Positions 1 to 14,147 of a stretch of 64,000 nucleotides of DNA are shown piece after piece. The translations under genes were made by a program, and so were the position numbers. Under the pieces are notes generated by a model, which saw nothing but the letters and a program-made list of their open reading frames with translations, was not told the DNA's origin and did no database searches. How positions within the stretch are numbered: position 1 is the first letter of the stretch; every line of letters starts with the position of its first letter. Source of the stretch: Octopus vulgaris (Eukaryota); the NCBI GenBank assembly GCA_951406725.2, contig OX597818.1:94674001-94738000 (forward strand). Direction: 5' to 3'.

Positions 1-9
1 ACACACACA

Positions 10-185
10 CAGTGTTTATTTCCCACCACCATTTGACAATTGTATTGCTTTGATTACAAACCTGTAAAATAGAGTTTTGACAAAAGACTGATAAAGTGCC
101 AAGTTTCAAAATATAAGTACTGGGGTTATGGTACCCCAACATGGCCACAGTCCAATGACTGCAACATGTAAAAGATAGAAGATTA
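10..185 (+). mobile_element. 3' half of tRNA-derived SINE (same family as 46468-46864)
   Basis: ccccaacatggccacagtccaatgactgcaacatgtaaaaga matches the reverse complement of 46470-46520. Confidence 0.7.
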
Positions 186-399
186 AGATATGTATATACA
201 CACACATATGTAGATATATGTGTGGTTCACTTATACACACACTCACATACACAAGCCTCAGTGTACATTTCTAAATACATGAATGCATGTACATCCCTCT
301 TGAGAGGTTTAATCACTAAGAGTGAAAAATGTCATAATAAGAATCAACCAGTCATAGAATATTTTACAAATTATCACACAGTAATTACCATAACCTGGA

Positions 400-2400
400 G
401 CAAATAGAAGTGTGGTGTAGTGAAGATTGAGCATAGTAATGTTTACATTTCATAAGAAAGGTTTCAATTGAGTCTTTGGAAGACTATGTTTTTTGTAGTT
501 TGTTAGACCTCTACAGGTATGTTAACAGTCTATAGTGACTGTAAGATTTCATTGTCATATGTATTTAGGATGCAATTCTCTTAAAGTTAGCATCTTAGTG
601 TATCTATACTTTTGGTTGTACAAAGGTTACACTTTTTGTTATTCCTTGAATATGGGTATGCCTTAGTCAATATGTTCTTAGTTTTTTTTCAGTTCTCAGT
701 TGTAATTTGGCTAACATTGTGTCCTTTCTTATAAATAGGTTTCAAAACATATGTTTTTGATGGAAATAATATAGCTTAAATGGATTAGGTCAAGCCTATT
801 TATATATGCTTTGGATAATTGAGGAGTTTGTGTTGCAATCTGAAATATTTCCTAATTAATTTGAAGGAGATTTTGGATATTGTAGGGTGGCTACTACTTC
901 TATTCTTATTTCTAATGCTGTTGTTAGACCACCAAGGTAGTTCTATGTAAACCCATATCTTGACAGGGTTACTTTATATTATTAGACTACATCTGTAAAC
1001 ATTTGCTTGTTTGTTTCAAAGCTTTACATGAGATATTTGCTAAGTTAATTATTGATGATATATTTTGTGTGTGATTGGTGTCTTTATGGATGTAACTTGG
1101 TGCTTCTTGTAGTTTTAGATATGAATGGTGATTTGAGTTTGTAAAATTAAATGTTAAATCTAGGTTTTTTCATAGTAGTACTTAATGCCTCTATTTGCAT
1201 GAGTAGCTGTGTCTGTTCAAGATAGGCCTGAACTACTATGACAGTAATTGTGTTATTCCAAGGTATAACATGGGCTACATCATTCACACTTGGGATGCTG
1301 TTTGTCTAAAATATGTTTACTAATCTTTCCTAGGTCTGTGTTCATCAGGTTGATAAGTTTGACGGTATGATGTCAAAGTCTAGTTCATGATGCTTATAAC
1401 AAAATATAATGTAGCACCGTCTTGCTATAATGTTTTTTTTTCTTTTACATTGTTCTTCCAAGATGTCATCAAGTTTAAAGATAAATTATGATTTGCTACA
1501 TTATCCTGTGTAATGCATAATTCATAGATCATAAAGAACTGTAAGGATCCAAGTTTTTGGTCTACTCTAGATATTTATTTTTATTTTTCGGCTCCTTGGC
1601 TTCAATCATTGGCTTGTGACAATGTTGGGTCACAGCATTCAGAGTTATTTTAATTAACCCCCATCCAGTAACCCAGTAATTAAGTATAAGTACACTACTG
1701 ATAATCCAGTACCTCTTTTAATTTACACAATCATGTGAGGACATTTAAGCTTCCTTTGACTATTATTAACTTTTGCATTACCAAGCCCTCGTGATACACA
1801 TTTGTTAATTAGTAACATATAAAGAAGGTGGAAACACTTTTCTGGTACCCATCTATAAAGAGGTAAATGTTTAAAACAAAATTTAATCCCACATACTAAT
1901 CTACTAAGGAAACTCTTTTTCTGAAGAGCAAATTAATAAATATCCTGCTTTCACTACAATCTCCCAGTTTGAAAAAGGGATAAGTAAATACATATTCTTC
2001 ACAGTTGTTTCAAGAAAGGGTCTAATGAATGTGATTAGGGGGTTAGTACATGACATTAGATTCTTGTTTTGTTTTTGTTTCCTATCCTTCATCAACTTCA
2101 AATTAACAATGTCTGTGCAATATTTCATTAATAAATTTGATGGTTCAACAAATGAAAATAGAGCAAATCTTAATCCTTAACTTTTTTCAGCTTCATTAAA
2201 TATTTCTTTTGTTTTTTTTTTGGGGGGGGGGGGTGAGGAGGTTGGTCATAGGTAAATAGATTCTGATGGGGGCAACTGTATTTATCTACTATAAAATAAA
2301 ATTCAGTGTGCCAAATAGTGTAGCTGTATTCCAATATCATTGTTTTTCCACAACATGGCCAGATGATACAACTCACATCTCATGAAAGACAACTGATAAA
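400..2400 (-). pseudogene. Very ancient LINE RT remnants (CR1/Jockey-like)
   Basis: Scattered motif echoes on the minus strand (MFTDVV near 990; LITFIRPFLE in ORF 1904..2128, resembling LYxTLIRPILE). Heavily disrupted. Confidence 0.3.
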
Positions 2401-2415
2401 TACTTGGATGCATGG

Positions 2416-2449
<34 letters not shown>

Positions 2450-3172
2450 ATCAAAAAATCAAGAGGAAGAAATGAGAATTGATCTGCTAGGAATGTGGAT
2501 GGTGTTAGAATAGAGGATGCAGCTGAAAGGAGGGCAAGAAGGTGAAGACAGAAGGTGGTGGAGAAAAAAATAACAAGTTTAAAAGTGTGGAAAGTAGGAA
2601 GTTACTTAAAAAGTAATTGTACTAGTAGTACTGAGAACCTTTATAGAGTAACTGTGAGGGCAACATAAAAAGGTAGTGAGGGGAGACTGTTGATATGGTG
2701 TTACAAATAATATTATTGACAATAATAAAAATGATTGTTTTACTGGCAGTAATAATAATATCCATAATCCTTTTGACTATAGGCCTGGAATTTGGTGGAA
2801 GGTGGCTTGTCAATTATATCAGCCCCAGAGCTTAACTGACACTCATTTTATGGATCCCAAAAGGTGAAAGGCAAACTCAAGGAAATGCTGCTAGGCATTT
2901 TGCTAAGGATACTGTCAGTTTTTCACTGTAATAATAATAACAATAACTATAATAATAATGATAGCAATAGATTAAAAAAATAAACATAAAATCATTATAG
3001 TCATGATGATAATCTAAAAAGTAGTAAACAAAATTGTAAAATCAAATACTTAAACTATGTTATTTATACTTCTAGTGTTAACTAAGGCTAGTAGTTGTAA
3101 TCATTGTCAAGATTTTGTAAAAGGGTTTAAATAAAGTATAAGGCTGAGAATCTAAGACTGGGTGAATGTACT

Positions 3173-3206
<34 letters not shown>

Positions 3207-5924
3207 GAGGTAGCTAAGGGAAAAATATTTTGAGATAGTGGGTAAGAGCAAATGGTAAAAAGAGGTCATAAATTTGACTGTAGTATAGTAAGAAGCCAAG
3301 CAAAAACAAGAGGAATTTTAGCAAATATGCAACTAGTGTGAAGATCAGTGCAATACAGTAGATATTTGACTATAGAGGTGTGGCATAGAAGGGAAAATTC
3401 AAAAGGTCAACTTGCATCAAATTTAGTTTCACAAACCAATTTTTCTCAGCTAGGCAATTGGAATAGCTGATGTTTATAAAAAAAATGAGAATTGTTGTAG
3501 TAGTAGTATTGGCAGTGAATTTGAAATATAGTGTGAAAGTTGACAGAAATATCTAGATTTATAAAACTTACTGGAAATTAGTGAAAATTATTGGTAAAGA
3601 CTTGATAGGAAATAAAATATTGGAGCTTATGGACAAAATTGATACCAAAATAAATTAGAATTAAATAGTGTAACTTATTAGTAAAAGAATGGTAAAAATA
3701 GAAACATTATTAAAAGTTAAGGGCTATTAATGAAGTTTAGGAAATATTTGATGATGGTGGAGGAGGTGAAGCACAGAAAATCTACTTGGGTAAAGACAAA
3801 AAATAATACATAAAAAGAACTAGGAAAAATATGAGAAAATGTGTAGAAGTATGTGAAAAAATATGACAAAAGTGGATGATACATAAAAAAAAAACTTTTA
3901 AAGAAAAGATTAAAAAAAAAGAGGATGTGAAAAGTGCAAGGAAAATACAAAGAAAGGATGGGTGTGACACAGGGGGTTCATGTGTTGTGTAACTGGAGTA
4001 GGGCTCACAGTCATTAAAGGAATAGACTTTGTAGGAGGATGTGGCTTTGCAAGGTAGTAGATGAAGGTGGATTTCAAGGTCCATTGTAATATATAGATTT
4101 TCTGTATTTTTGATTCTGAATATTTGAGCTTGGAGGAAAGAAAAGTGTAAGTTGATATATGTTGATTTGGTTACTGAGCTTGCAGAAGGAGGATTTTGTT
4201 AAGGATAGGTTTAGATTAGGGGTACTTGTAAGTTCTAAAGCTTTTAGGTTACATGAAAACAACCCTTTGGATCATGCTTTGATTAGAGAATCCTTCACTG
4301 ATACAATTTCAAAGAGCTCTACTGGATACAGTTCAGGTTTTTCCATCTCCAGCATAGAGCTTGGCTCTTGTGTGTATATCTTCCAGTTTAAGCTATCTAG
4401 TATGTTATTTATTTGGAGGCTCCAGATCTACATTGAAGCAGAGTTTGTTTTATAGAAAATGGATATTGTTTGTCCCTGGTTCTGAAGGTGTTAGCAGTGA
4501 GACCAGTGTAAGTCTTGGTGGAGTTAGCTGTAACTTTACATTAGTAAGCATCTTTGTTCAAACAAAATTAAGGTACTAAGAGAGATCACCATAATTACAC
4601 AGTTGCTAGGGGTAGGTGGAGGTGTGAAGTTTAGAAAGATTAGAAGAAAGATGACATTGGTCAAGACAGTGAGTCATAGACTATGAAATTTTGTTAATGC
4701 TTGCTTCATATCTTGTATCCATTCTCTTTTTTTTATATATTTGTGCTGATGTGGGGAGAATTTCTTAATAAGAAAAATGATAATTTGGTTCCATGTCTAT
4801 TTATCAATTATAAGATAGATTGTACAAACAGGGGCCCTTTTTCTATATCTAGAGTTACTTATTTGATGATAGGGTTCAGTGTATTGAATATTTCCTTGAA
4901 CCTACTTATTAAGACCACTATATAATAAGTTGAGTGGTTCTGAAATATCTACTTGTTAGAGGAAAGACTTTAGAGTCTAAAGGTGTTCCTCAGGTTAGTT
5001 ATTTGGTAAAAAGGCTCCTGTATATAGTAAAGTTTCTTATCCTTAGAAGAAGGGTACTACTGAAAATTAGATTGATCAAAATTTTTCTTTGTTCACTCCT
5101 GCTTTTTCTGTCATATAAAAATCTTGCCACCATATATCCATGAGTGTGTATGAATGCATGCATGCGTATATTTATGTGAATATGTATGTATATATATATA
5201 TATATATATTTATATATTGATGTGCATATGTATGTATATATATAGGTATCTATATATGTGTATGTTTATATATTTATACATGTATATATATATATATATG
5301 TGTGTATATATATATGTAGGTGTATGTATATATGTTTATAAATGTACATACATATAGATAGATATATTCTTTTACTTGTTTCAGTAAAGGGTTTTAGTCG
5401 AACAAATCAACTCCAGGGCTTATTTTTTATAACCTAGTACTTATTGTATCAGTCTCCTTCATGGTATATGGCTGTATATGTGTATGTATTGTATACACAC
5501 ACACATATATATATATTGCCAAAGTCTAAATTCCCTTGCTCGGATCTTTTATCACTTTGTCCTGCAGCTCTTGGATAAATTCTGGCATGCAGATGTAGTC
5601 AACATCTTTTATATTCCTTCCTGCTGGTCACAGTTTTGTAGTCTTTGTTACAGTCGTCCATGTCATATCTTACAGCCTTTAGTGTTCGCAGAGTATTGAG
5701 CATCAGTGATGATGTCAGTATTTTGATACTTGGCACAAATCATAGTCCTCCATATCATCTAACTTTTTCTCAACTACAACTCTTATCTTTACACTCTCCA
5801 ATGCCATTGGCTGTTCACCAATACATTAAACAGCTCCTGAGAAAAAGAGACATAAAGAAAATCATCTAATTTAGCCTGAGCTACCTTAATATACATGTAT
5901 ACTGTGTGTGTGTGTGTGTGTGTG

Positions 5925-6316
5925 TATAGATAGATAAATAAATAGACAGATGGGTAGATAGATAGATAGACAGACAGATAGGTAGATAGATAGACAGACA
6001 AACAGATAGGTAGATAGATAGACGGATAGGTAAATAGATAGACGGATAGGTAGATAGATAGATAGACAGATAGGTAGATAGATAGATAGACAGACAGATA
6101 GTTAGATAAATAGATAGATAATTAGATAAACAGACAGATAGGTAGATAGATAGATAAATTGACAGACAGGCAGATAGATAGATAAATAGATAGATAATTA
6201 GATAAACAGACAGAGAGATAGGTAGATAGATAGATAGATAGACAGACAGATAAATTGACAGACAGACAGATAGGTAGATAAATAGATAGATAATTAGATA
6301 AACAGACAGAGATAGG

Positions 6317-6352
<36 letters not shown>

Positions 6353-6465
6353 CAGACAGATAAATTGACAGACAGACAGATAGATAGATAGACAGACAGA
6401 CAGGTAGATAGATAGATAAATAGATAGATAAACAGACAGACAGATAGATATTAGATAGATAGATC
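5925..6465. repeat. Compound (GATA)n/(GACA)n microsatellite
   Basis: Directly visible tetranucleotide array. Confidence 0.95.
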
Positions 6466-7869
6466 TGTATGTGTATGTACAAACTGGTTGGAGAATGTTT
6501 AATTGCCTCTGTTGATAATAAAAAGTTTGTTTCTCAGATAAAAAAGCAGATTGCATGATACTCATCTATGAATTGTGATGTTGCATGATAGTGACACATG
6601 ATCTATCATGGACAATTAGAACTTGCGGACACTAGAAAGAAATGCAAGTACAATGCTGTATTGGATGTGCATCAGAATGCATGAACAACAAAATTCTTAT
6701 GTGTTGAGAGAAAAATTGAGCATAAAATAATCACATGTAATGTGTGAGATAAACCGCATCAGTGTATGTAATGTGCTTGCATGAGGACAGTGCCAAGCAC
6801 TTAATGAGGAATTCAGAATGAAATTAAATGTTCTAGTTCAGGCTAATCTCATAACTTTGCACCTCATGGAGATGTCAAAAGACTAAGGTGACTGGCAATA
6901 TGTATTGCTTTAGAAGACCCATCCAGTTTGGCAACACTGAGGTTCTGGAAGTATATGTATATATACAAGTGAACTCTCTCTCACTTTGCTTTTCAAAGCT
7001 TCTTCATTACCCTTTCATATCTCTCTGTTACTGATCCTGCCATCACTTGCTTAACTGCAATATTCTGATTGCTATAATTGAAGAAGAGCTGAACTACATA
7101 TATCATTTTATATACCAGTTATCTTTTTCACTACCTTGGAACATTTGAGTTGACTCCCATAATTCATTCTTAACAATATCCTCTCATTTTATGTTGATCA
7201 TCCTTCTGTGCTCTGTCTGAATTATTTCCTGTCAAAGACTCTTACTCTACCCATACAGTATGCCTCTCCCCATGTGCCTACCCACCCACATATCATCTCA
7301 CCATCTCTCATCCTTCTCCTACCTATTGTATTATTGTTACTGTTCTGCTACACTTCAACTCTTTCTGTATTACCAGTCATCACCTACTCTCCCCTACCTT
7401 CCATTCTACTTGTATTATCAATCACCCTTTCGTCCTTGGTCACCATTCCTTACATCCATCTCTCATGCAATCTTTCCAGCCATCATTTATTTTCTCTTAT
7501 CTACCCTAAAACTCATTTATCACCAACAATCCCTCAACTCTTGTTCATCATTCATCATATTCACTCTCATCTCTGGCCATTCATTACTTTCCTCATACAC
7601 TTTTGCAACATCTACAAACTTTTCTTGCTCTTTTGTCCCCACTCATTTCTATTCACCTTCTTGTGCCTTGAGGGTTCATTTTGACACTTCATCACTATCA
7701 TCTTTATCTCTCTTTTTAGCTCCATCTAATTATTCCCATCCGCTCTTTTATTTTTTGAGTAACCATGTATATCTTATACAGCAAGAAACCTATTCTGACC
7801 CTTTCTTTCCTACTTTGACCTCTCATCTTCTCGTCTAAAGCCACCTCTCTCTCTCTCTACTGCTGGCTC

Positions 7870-8045
7870 ACTTAGTCAAAGGGTTCTTTGTCTTGCAAGT
7901 TATATGGCACCTCACTAGTGCTGGTATCATGAAAGAAGCACCCAGTACAATCTGTAAAGTTGTTGGCATTAGAAAGGGCATCCAGCCTTAGAAACCATAG
8001 CAAAGCAACCATTGGAGCACAGAATAAAGTTCCACATAAGTTTTG
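7870..8045 (+). mobile_element. Decayed RTE 3' UTR fragment
   Basis: gttggcattagaaagggcatccagccttagaaacc matches the RTE 3' UTR found in the larger copies. Confidence 0.6.
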
Positions 8046-8765
8046 CCTATTAGCTTGTTCACTCACTGAGGGAAACTTCAATTTCAAATATTTTGATATT
8101 GTAAGTCAAAAAGGAAGCCTCATCAAAAGATAGGCTTATGTATGAGCTTTATGCTTGTTACAAAAATTAAGACAGAAAATATATATTCTATGGAAAGTAG
8201 TGAACTAAAGAAATGGTTTAAATATCCAAAAACAAAAAACAAACAAACAATGATAATTATTGTAGTCATCATAGTTTGGTGAAAAAAAAGTTTAGGCAGG
8301 GAAGAGTGCAAAGAAATAGTAAAAAATGTTAAAGATGTTTAGTAAATATATAGATCAGCACTTGATCAAGGAAATGATACTGTTATATAATGCAGGTTGC
8401 TAATTAAATAGCTTTATTCTAATGAGCAGTACTGTGCCAATTGGAATTTGTCAGAAAAAATTTTAACTATATATGTATGTTCGTGTGAGACTGTAAATGT
8501 CAAAAAAAGTGTGTACATTTATTTTGCTAAAAAGGAAGACCTACTTTAAAATTATATTTATAATATTCTTAATAAGAGTCTTGTTTATTATTAGTAGTTG
8601 GGCAGGAATGACAAACTAAATTATATCATATATAAAGTGTCAGATGATTTGGTTTGCATGTAAGAACTGTTAAACTTCTGAATGCCATAAGAACCCCTGA
8701 AGTAAGTTATATATAGAGGTAAAATATATTAAGCCAACTGTAGAATGAATATGGGTATGTATGTA

Positions 8766-8804
<39 letters not shown>

Positions 8805-8828
8805 CAAAATTTAGACAAATATATATAA

Positions 8829-10009
8829 CTAGCAGTATCGCCCGGCGTTGCTCGGGTTGTAAGGGAAATAACTATATAAGCATTTTTAGAGAGTTATAGC
8901 CAAAAAATAGCAAAAAAATGCATTAAAAATTGAAAAAAAATTAAGGTAAATTTTTTTTTTAAATCGTTGACACATCGTAGATATTTTAAGAGAGTTACTT
9001 CCCTTATATAAAAGCGAAAAAAATGCATTAAAATGGAAAAATATGATGGTAAATTTTTTTTTAAATCGTAGACTCATCGTAGAGGCGCGCTAATACCCAG
9101 AAGGGCTCGATATGAATCACGACTATAAGATACCCGCTTTTGGTTAAACTGCACCGCAAAATGTGGGAGTAGTTATGAATCTAAATCGAAGGGGACAGAC
9201 ACACAACTTCACTCTTATATAAAGATGCTTTTTTTTTTTTCAGTCATAGAGTTAGATTTATGAAGGTCTTCAGTAGAAAATCCTTCGAATTCTGACTCGC
9301 TGCTTGATATAATGAAATTCGTATCCATTTTTTGTCAGAATTACAAATTTTGAAAACACAATAGGAACAAATTTCGGAAAAAAAATCTCCCATAATTCAC
9401 GGAATTAAAATTACACTTCGATTTTTGTACAAAACTGTATTTGAAGTGTTTACGAAGTATAATACATGTTTTCACGAATGTACTAAAGAGATTTACTCTG
9501 ATATTCTAATTTAAATATGAATAGGTAAATTCGGGCGGTTTGGTAACGAAAGGGTTTATATAAGTGTCGTCTGTTTATACATAAACACTGTTTCATACTT
9601 TCAGTTTAGTCTTCCTCAAATCACTCTGTCGCTAATTTACTCTCTTCCAAGAACATTTTCACTCACTCTTATCTGTTAGCTTCCCATACATTTTACTCAT
9701 GTATCTATCAGCGTGATAGACAGAAACAAATATTACATCTAGTTTCACTTTATTCGTTGCACACTGTGTGTGTGCGTTTGCGTGTGCTGTAAACCAGACT
9801 AAGAAAAGCATTTGACATACACACCAGAATGTGAGTTTTCTGTAAATTTTGCTTAATTGGAGTTTAAATTTTAAAAACTGGACCTGGCATGACCCGATGC
9901 ATTCTACTCTTAAAAATGCTAGGTAAATTGTAATTGAAGAAATCCTATATTGTAGATTTCTATAACTTACAAAGGGAGGCAGATAAAATCTGCCTTTTAT
10001 AATAAGAGA
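8829..10009 (-). mobile_element. Non-autonomous Helitron
   Basis: On the minus strand: 5' A|TCTCTTATT at 10009; 3' GC hairpin (cccgagcaacgccggg) then CTAG|T at 8829. Both ends are shared with the PIF1-bearing copy at 38987-40472. Confidence 0.85.
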
Positions 10010-10134
10010 TTAGATTAGTGTGTTTAAATGCTGAGTAGAGCACCGGCACAGTTTAAACTACCTGTTGTCATCCGTTGATGTGGTACACTTCTGTTGCATT
10101 TACTTCAGGAACTTCGCAGTGGCAGTTTGGGTAA

Positions 10135-10219
10135 TAGTATTAATAGATATTAGGAGATGGATTTTGTATGAGACTTTTATTAGTCTAATACAAAATCCAT
10201 CTCCTATCAATTAATACTA
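10135..10219. repeat. Imperfect ~85-bp hairpin
   Basis: ggagatggattttgtatgagact pairs with agtctaatacaaaatccatctcc; outer tagtattaat pairs with attaatacta. Confidence 0.8.
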
Positions 10220-10339
10220 TATATATATATGTACATTTACTTATGTATAAAGATATGCATGTATATATATATGTGTGCATGTGTGTATGTACATATACAG
10301 GAAAATATTATTCCTACAAGATGTTCAAGATATTGGGAA

Positions 10340-11370
10340 CAAATTTTAGACTTTTCTTAACTCACTATCTTTGGTGACTTCAACATGCACAACTCCTTGA
10401 AGTTCCCTCACTCTGCCTCCCCTAATGTTGCCGGTGCTGAAACAGAATCTTTTTGCACTGCTCAACTTTTTACATGAACTTGTCTCATCCTCTACACAGG
10501 CCTCAGATTGTCATTCTAAACATCTTTGAGTTCTTTCTCACTTCCAAACCTAATCTATACATCTACCTTCTTCTATCATCCATAAGTAGACAGATGAGTA
10601 TTTAGAGAAATTTTGGTAAAAGCAATGTTGTCACACTTAACTTTTCAACTATGTCTGGCAAATCAATCTCCTATTGAAACTTCTTATGTATGAACTCCTC
10701 TCAACTTTTGAATTGGCAGCTTCCTGTCAAATCACTCTATTGCTGCAAGTATTTATAGAACACTCTGTCTCTCATTTTGTCTAATCTGGTGTGCCCCAGG
10801 GTGCAGTTTTGTTCCCTACTCTGTTCCTTCTCTACAGCAGTGACTTACTGTTGCATCCAACAACACCCTCTCTTAGACAAGTGACACGACCCTTCATTTC
10901 TTCCTAATATTCTCCAACCATGCGTGGTTCACTTGCAATCTAGAGTCCACATGCCAAACATACACTGACTCCATGAATAGAGGCCAGAAAAGAAACCTTG
11001 AATGCCGAAATATCAACCTTGTCTCTTTCAACAAGAAAAGAAGCATAAATGCTATTCATATCAAGAAAGCACTGTTACAGCACATACCTTTTAATTATAA
11101 GAAGCTCTATGCTAGAGTTCTCAAAATTACTTCACTTGTTGGAGCTTTACAATTACCAAGATTCTCTCTTGGTAAAAGCACATCCTTAACATAGGACCAC
11201 ATCCCAATGATTGCCCTTCTCTTCAGGGCCAGAAAAGACTTCAGCACCCAACACTATAGAATTTAAGTGAAGACCAGACAATGGAGTGTGCTGGCTTTTC
11301 TGTTTACCTCCTTCATATGTTCCAAAGACACCATCAACTCAACAAGTAGAACCATCAATTTAACAATTGG
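10340..11370 (+). pseudogene. Decayed CR1/L2-like LINE RT
   Basis: About 10785-10850 reads SGVPQGAVLFPTLFLLYSSDL (RT motif 4); many stops and frameshifts around it. Confidence 0.65.
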
Positions 11371-11799
11371 AAAAATATAAAAAGGAAAGGGAATCATAGA
11401 AAGTAAAGAAAGTACTGAGAGAAACAAGAAAGGAAGGGAAGGGTAAAAGAAAAAACAAAGTGAGAAAATGAATTAAAATAAGAGACAATGGAGCTGGCAT
11501 GAAATGTGGCTTCTACTATAATGGCCTCAGCTCTTTCAAGATAGCTGGCTTGATGCCATCTCCATCGAAGCATTCCTATCTCTCTCATCTCCTCGCCTCT
11601 CATTTTTTATGACCAACTCCCCAAGATTCTGCATGAATCATTACACTCAGGCCTTCCTTCTGAAAATGTTGGCCTTCATGCATTCTTCTAACCTCATATA
11701 GCTTTTGTTGACTTCCAAAAGTGCAAGGGAAACACTAATGGCATCAGTCTCGCTTTTCGTGGATGTGAGATATAGAGCATGAGAATTCCCCTTTCAAGT

Positions 11800-11848
<49 letters not shown>

Positions 11849-12204
11849 ACACATATATTTTAATCCCTCGGCTATTTAAGGCTATTTTTGGCCTGCTGTC
11901 ACCTGTGTCTTTGATTCTGTTGTTGTTGTTGTTGTTGTTATTATTATTATTATTATTATTATTTTATTTATATATATATATATATAATCTTCCATCCTGG
12001 CACAAGTTGATGGGTCAATGTGTCCAAGGTCTGCATTAAGCTCCAATGTCTACTTTGACATAGCCTGATGCCTTCTTAATGCCAACCACTTTACAGTATG
12101 TATTCGGTGCTTTTTTTTTTTGTGGTACTGAGGTATATGAAAGAGCCTAAATATGAAGGACAGAAGGAATCTTGTGAGTTACAAGGATTGCAGTATACAT
12201 ATAT

Positions 12205-12300
12205 ATGTTGGTGTGTTTATGTCCCCATAACTTAACAGTTCAGCTAAAAGAGAATGATAGAATAAATACTAGGATTACAAAGAATAAGTCCTGGGTCAAA
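12205..12300 (+). mobile_element. SINE internal fragment (46468-46864 family)
   Basis: ggtgtgtttatgtccccataactt...gagaatgatagaataaatactagg matches the reverse complement of 46540-46630. Confidence 0.6.
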
Positions 12301-12362
12301 TAGAAGAATACAAGAATGAATGTGTACATATATATATGTATATATATATACATGCGTAGATG

Positions 12363-12393
<31 letters not shown>

Positions 12394-12501
12394 CACACTT
12401 GTGTACACATATGTAATATATATATATACATATGTACATATATATATAGGTATATATATATATATATACATGTTTACATATATATATGTATAGATATACA
12501 T

Positions 12502-14123
12502 TTGATACCCCCTCCATTTGATAGATCGGTACCTCCAATGCTTCGATTGATCATCACGCGGGACCAAGTCAAACGTGTTATTCAAGGCCTCGATGTCAAC
12601 AAGGGTCACGGCCCTGACGGCATACACCCACGGGTTGTCAAAGCGTTGGCTCCGGTCATCTGCGAGCCCTTAACACGACTATTCAATATGTCATTGGCGA
12701 CGGGTGTTATACCTGCAGACTGGAGAACAGCGATAATCTGCCCAATTTTCAAGAAAGGGAGCCGCGAAGACCCGCTTAACTACCGACCGGTTTCCCTTAC
12801 ATCAATAATCAGCAAGATGTTCGAAACCATCCTTAAGAAAAGTATGATGCTCCACCTCCTAAACACAGCCTCGATCACTGATTCCCAACACGGCTTCGTG
12901 CCGAAGAGATCATGCTTGACCAACTTACTAGTAATGGAAGAATTGGTGACGCGCATCCTCGATGATAGTGATGCTGTTGACATCGTTTTATTGGACTTTG
13001 CCAAAGCTTTTGACTCGGTAAACCACCGCCTACTACTTGTCAAGCTTCAAGCATATAGTTTCCATCCGGATATTGTACGATGGGTTGGTGCCTTCCTCTC
13101 AGATCGCTCCTTCCAAGTTCAAGTTAATGGTTCGCGGTCCGACGTCTCCAGTGCGAGCAGTGGCGTGCCTCAAGGTTCAGTGCTTGGGCCCTTGTTGTTC
13201 TTAGTCTTCATAAATGACTTGCCCGACGACCTCACGCAACACACCCTTCTATTTGCCGACGATATCAAACTGGTCGCTCCTCGCGGTAGTATAGAGGATC
13301 TTCGTCGATGCCTCCACCAAATTTGGAAGTGGTCTAACGATTGGGACCTGTGTCTGAACGTGTCAAAGTGCTGTCATCTGCCTGTCGGCTCTACTCCTAC
13401 AACTCAACTTGATTTCGAGCCGGGTCGTCTGCTGCTGGAGAGGACCGATCAGGTAAAGGACCTGGGTATCTTGGTGGATTCCTCCTTTTCGCCTTCGGCC
13501 CAGTGCGTCCATGCTGCCAACGAAGCGCGCGGAATTCTGTTTTTGATTCGACGGTCATTCGGAATGCTCACAGCAGCCATATTCCTGCCACTCTATGTCA
13601 CGCTGGTGAGACCCATATTGGAGTATGGGATTCAAGCCTCTTCTCCTTATCTCCTCAAAGACATACAGCACCTCAAAAGAGTCCAGAGGCTGGCTACCCG
13701 AATGGTTCATGGTCTCAAAAATTTGTCCTACGAAGAAAGGCTGAGGACACTCGACCTTTGTTCTCTTGAAAAACGCCGCCGCCGTGGTGATCTCATTCTC
13801 GCCCACAACATCATAAGCGGGAAGTGTAACCTCTCGAAAGAGCTGTTCTTCACTCCTGCTCCGGAGCGTCGGCTGCGGGGTCATTCCGAAAAGCTCTACC
13901 TGCGACAATTTCATCTCAATCGAAGGAGAGGAGCTTTCTCCGTCCAGGTTGCGGATCCGTGGAACAAGCTGCCAGACGAGATGGTGAAGATGCCGACGAC
14001 CGCTTTGTTCCCTGGACCTCAAGTGGCCTGAACTCTTCACATGAACACCACCCTGTACTTAACTCCATGTCCCCCTACATGGCCTTGCTATTTGCTTTTG
14101 AGCCAAATTAACTAACTAACTAA
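12502..14123 (+). mobile_element. 5'-truncated CR1-like LINE; 509-aa RT ORF; (AACT)n tail
   Basis: GPDGI, NYRPVSLT, QHGF, LDFAKAFDSV, GVPQGSVLGP, FADD, KDLG motifs. Tail aactaactaactaac at about 14107-14123. TA-rich microsatellite on both sides. Confidence 0.93.
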
Positions 14124-14147
14124 CATGTATACATATATATATATACA

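Noticed and set aside
4700-5143. KGVPQVSYL as an RT motif
   Set aside because: Single weak motif without supporting neighbours; too degraded to call.
6122-6565. 147-aa LSIY-repeat ORF
   Set aside because: Translation of the GATA/GACA microsatellite.
7208-7838. Two overlapping 158/192-aa ORFs
   Set aside because: Low-complexity C/T-rich sequence with no recognisable domain.
12502-14031. Bacterial retron, group II intron or DGR RT system
   Set aside because: Motifs and the tandem-repeat tail are typical of metazoan non-LTR retrotransposons.
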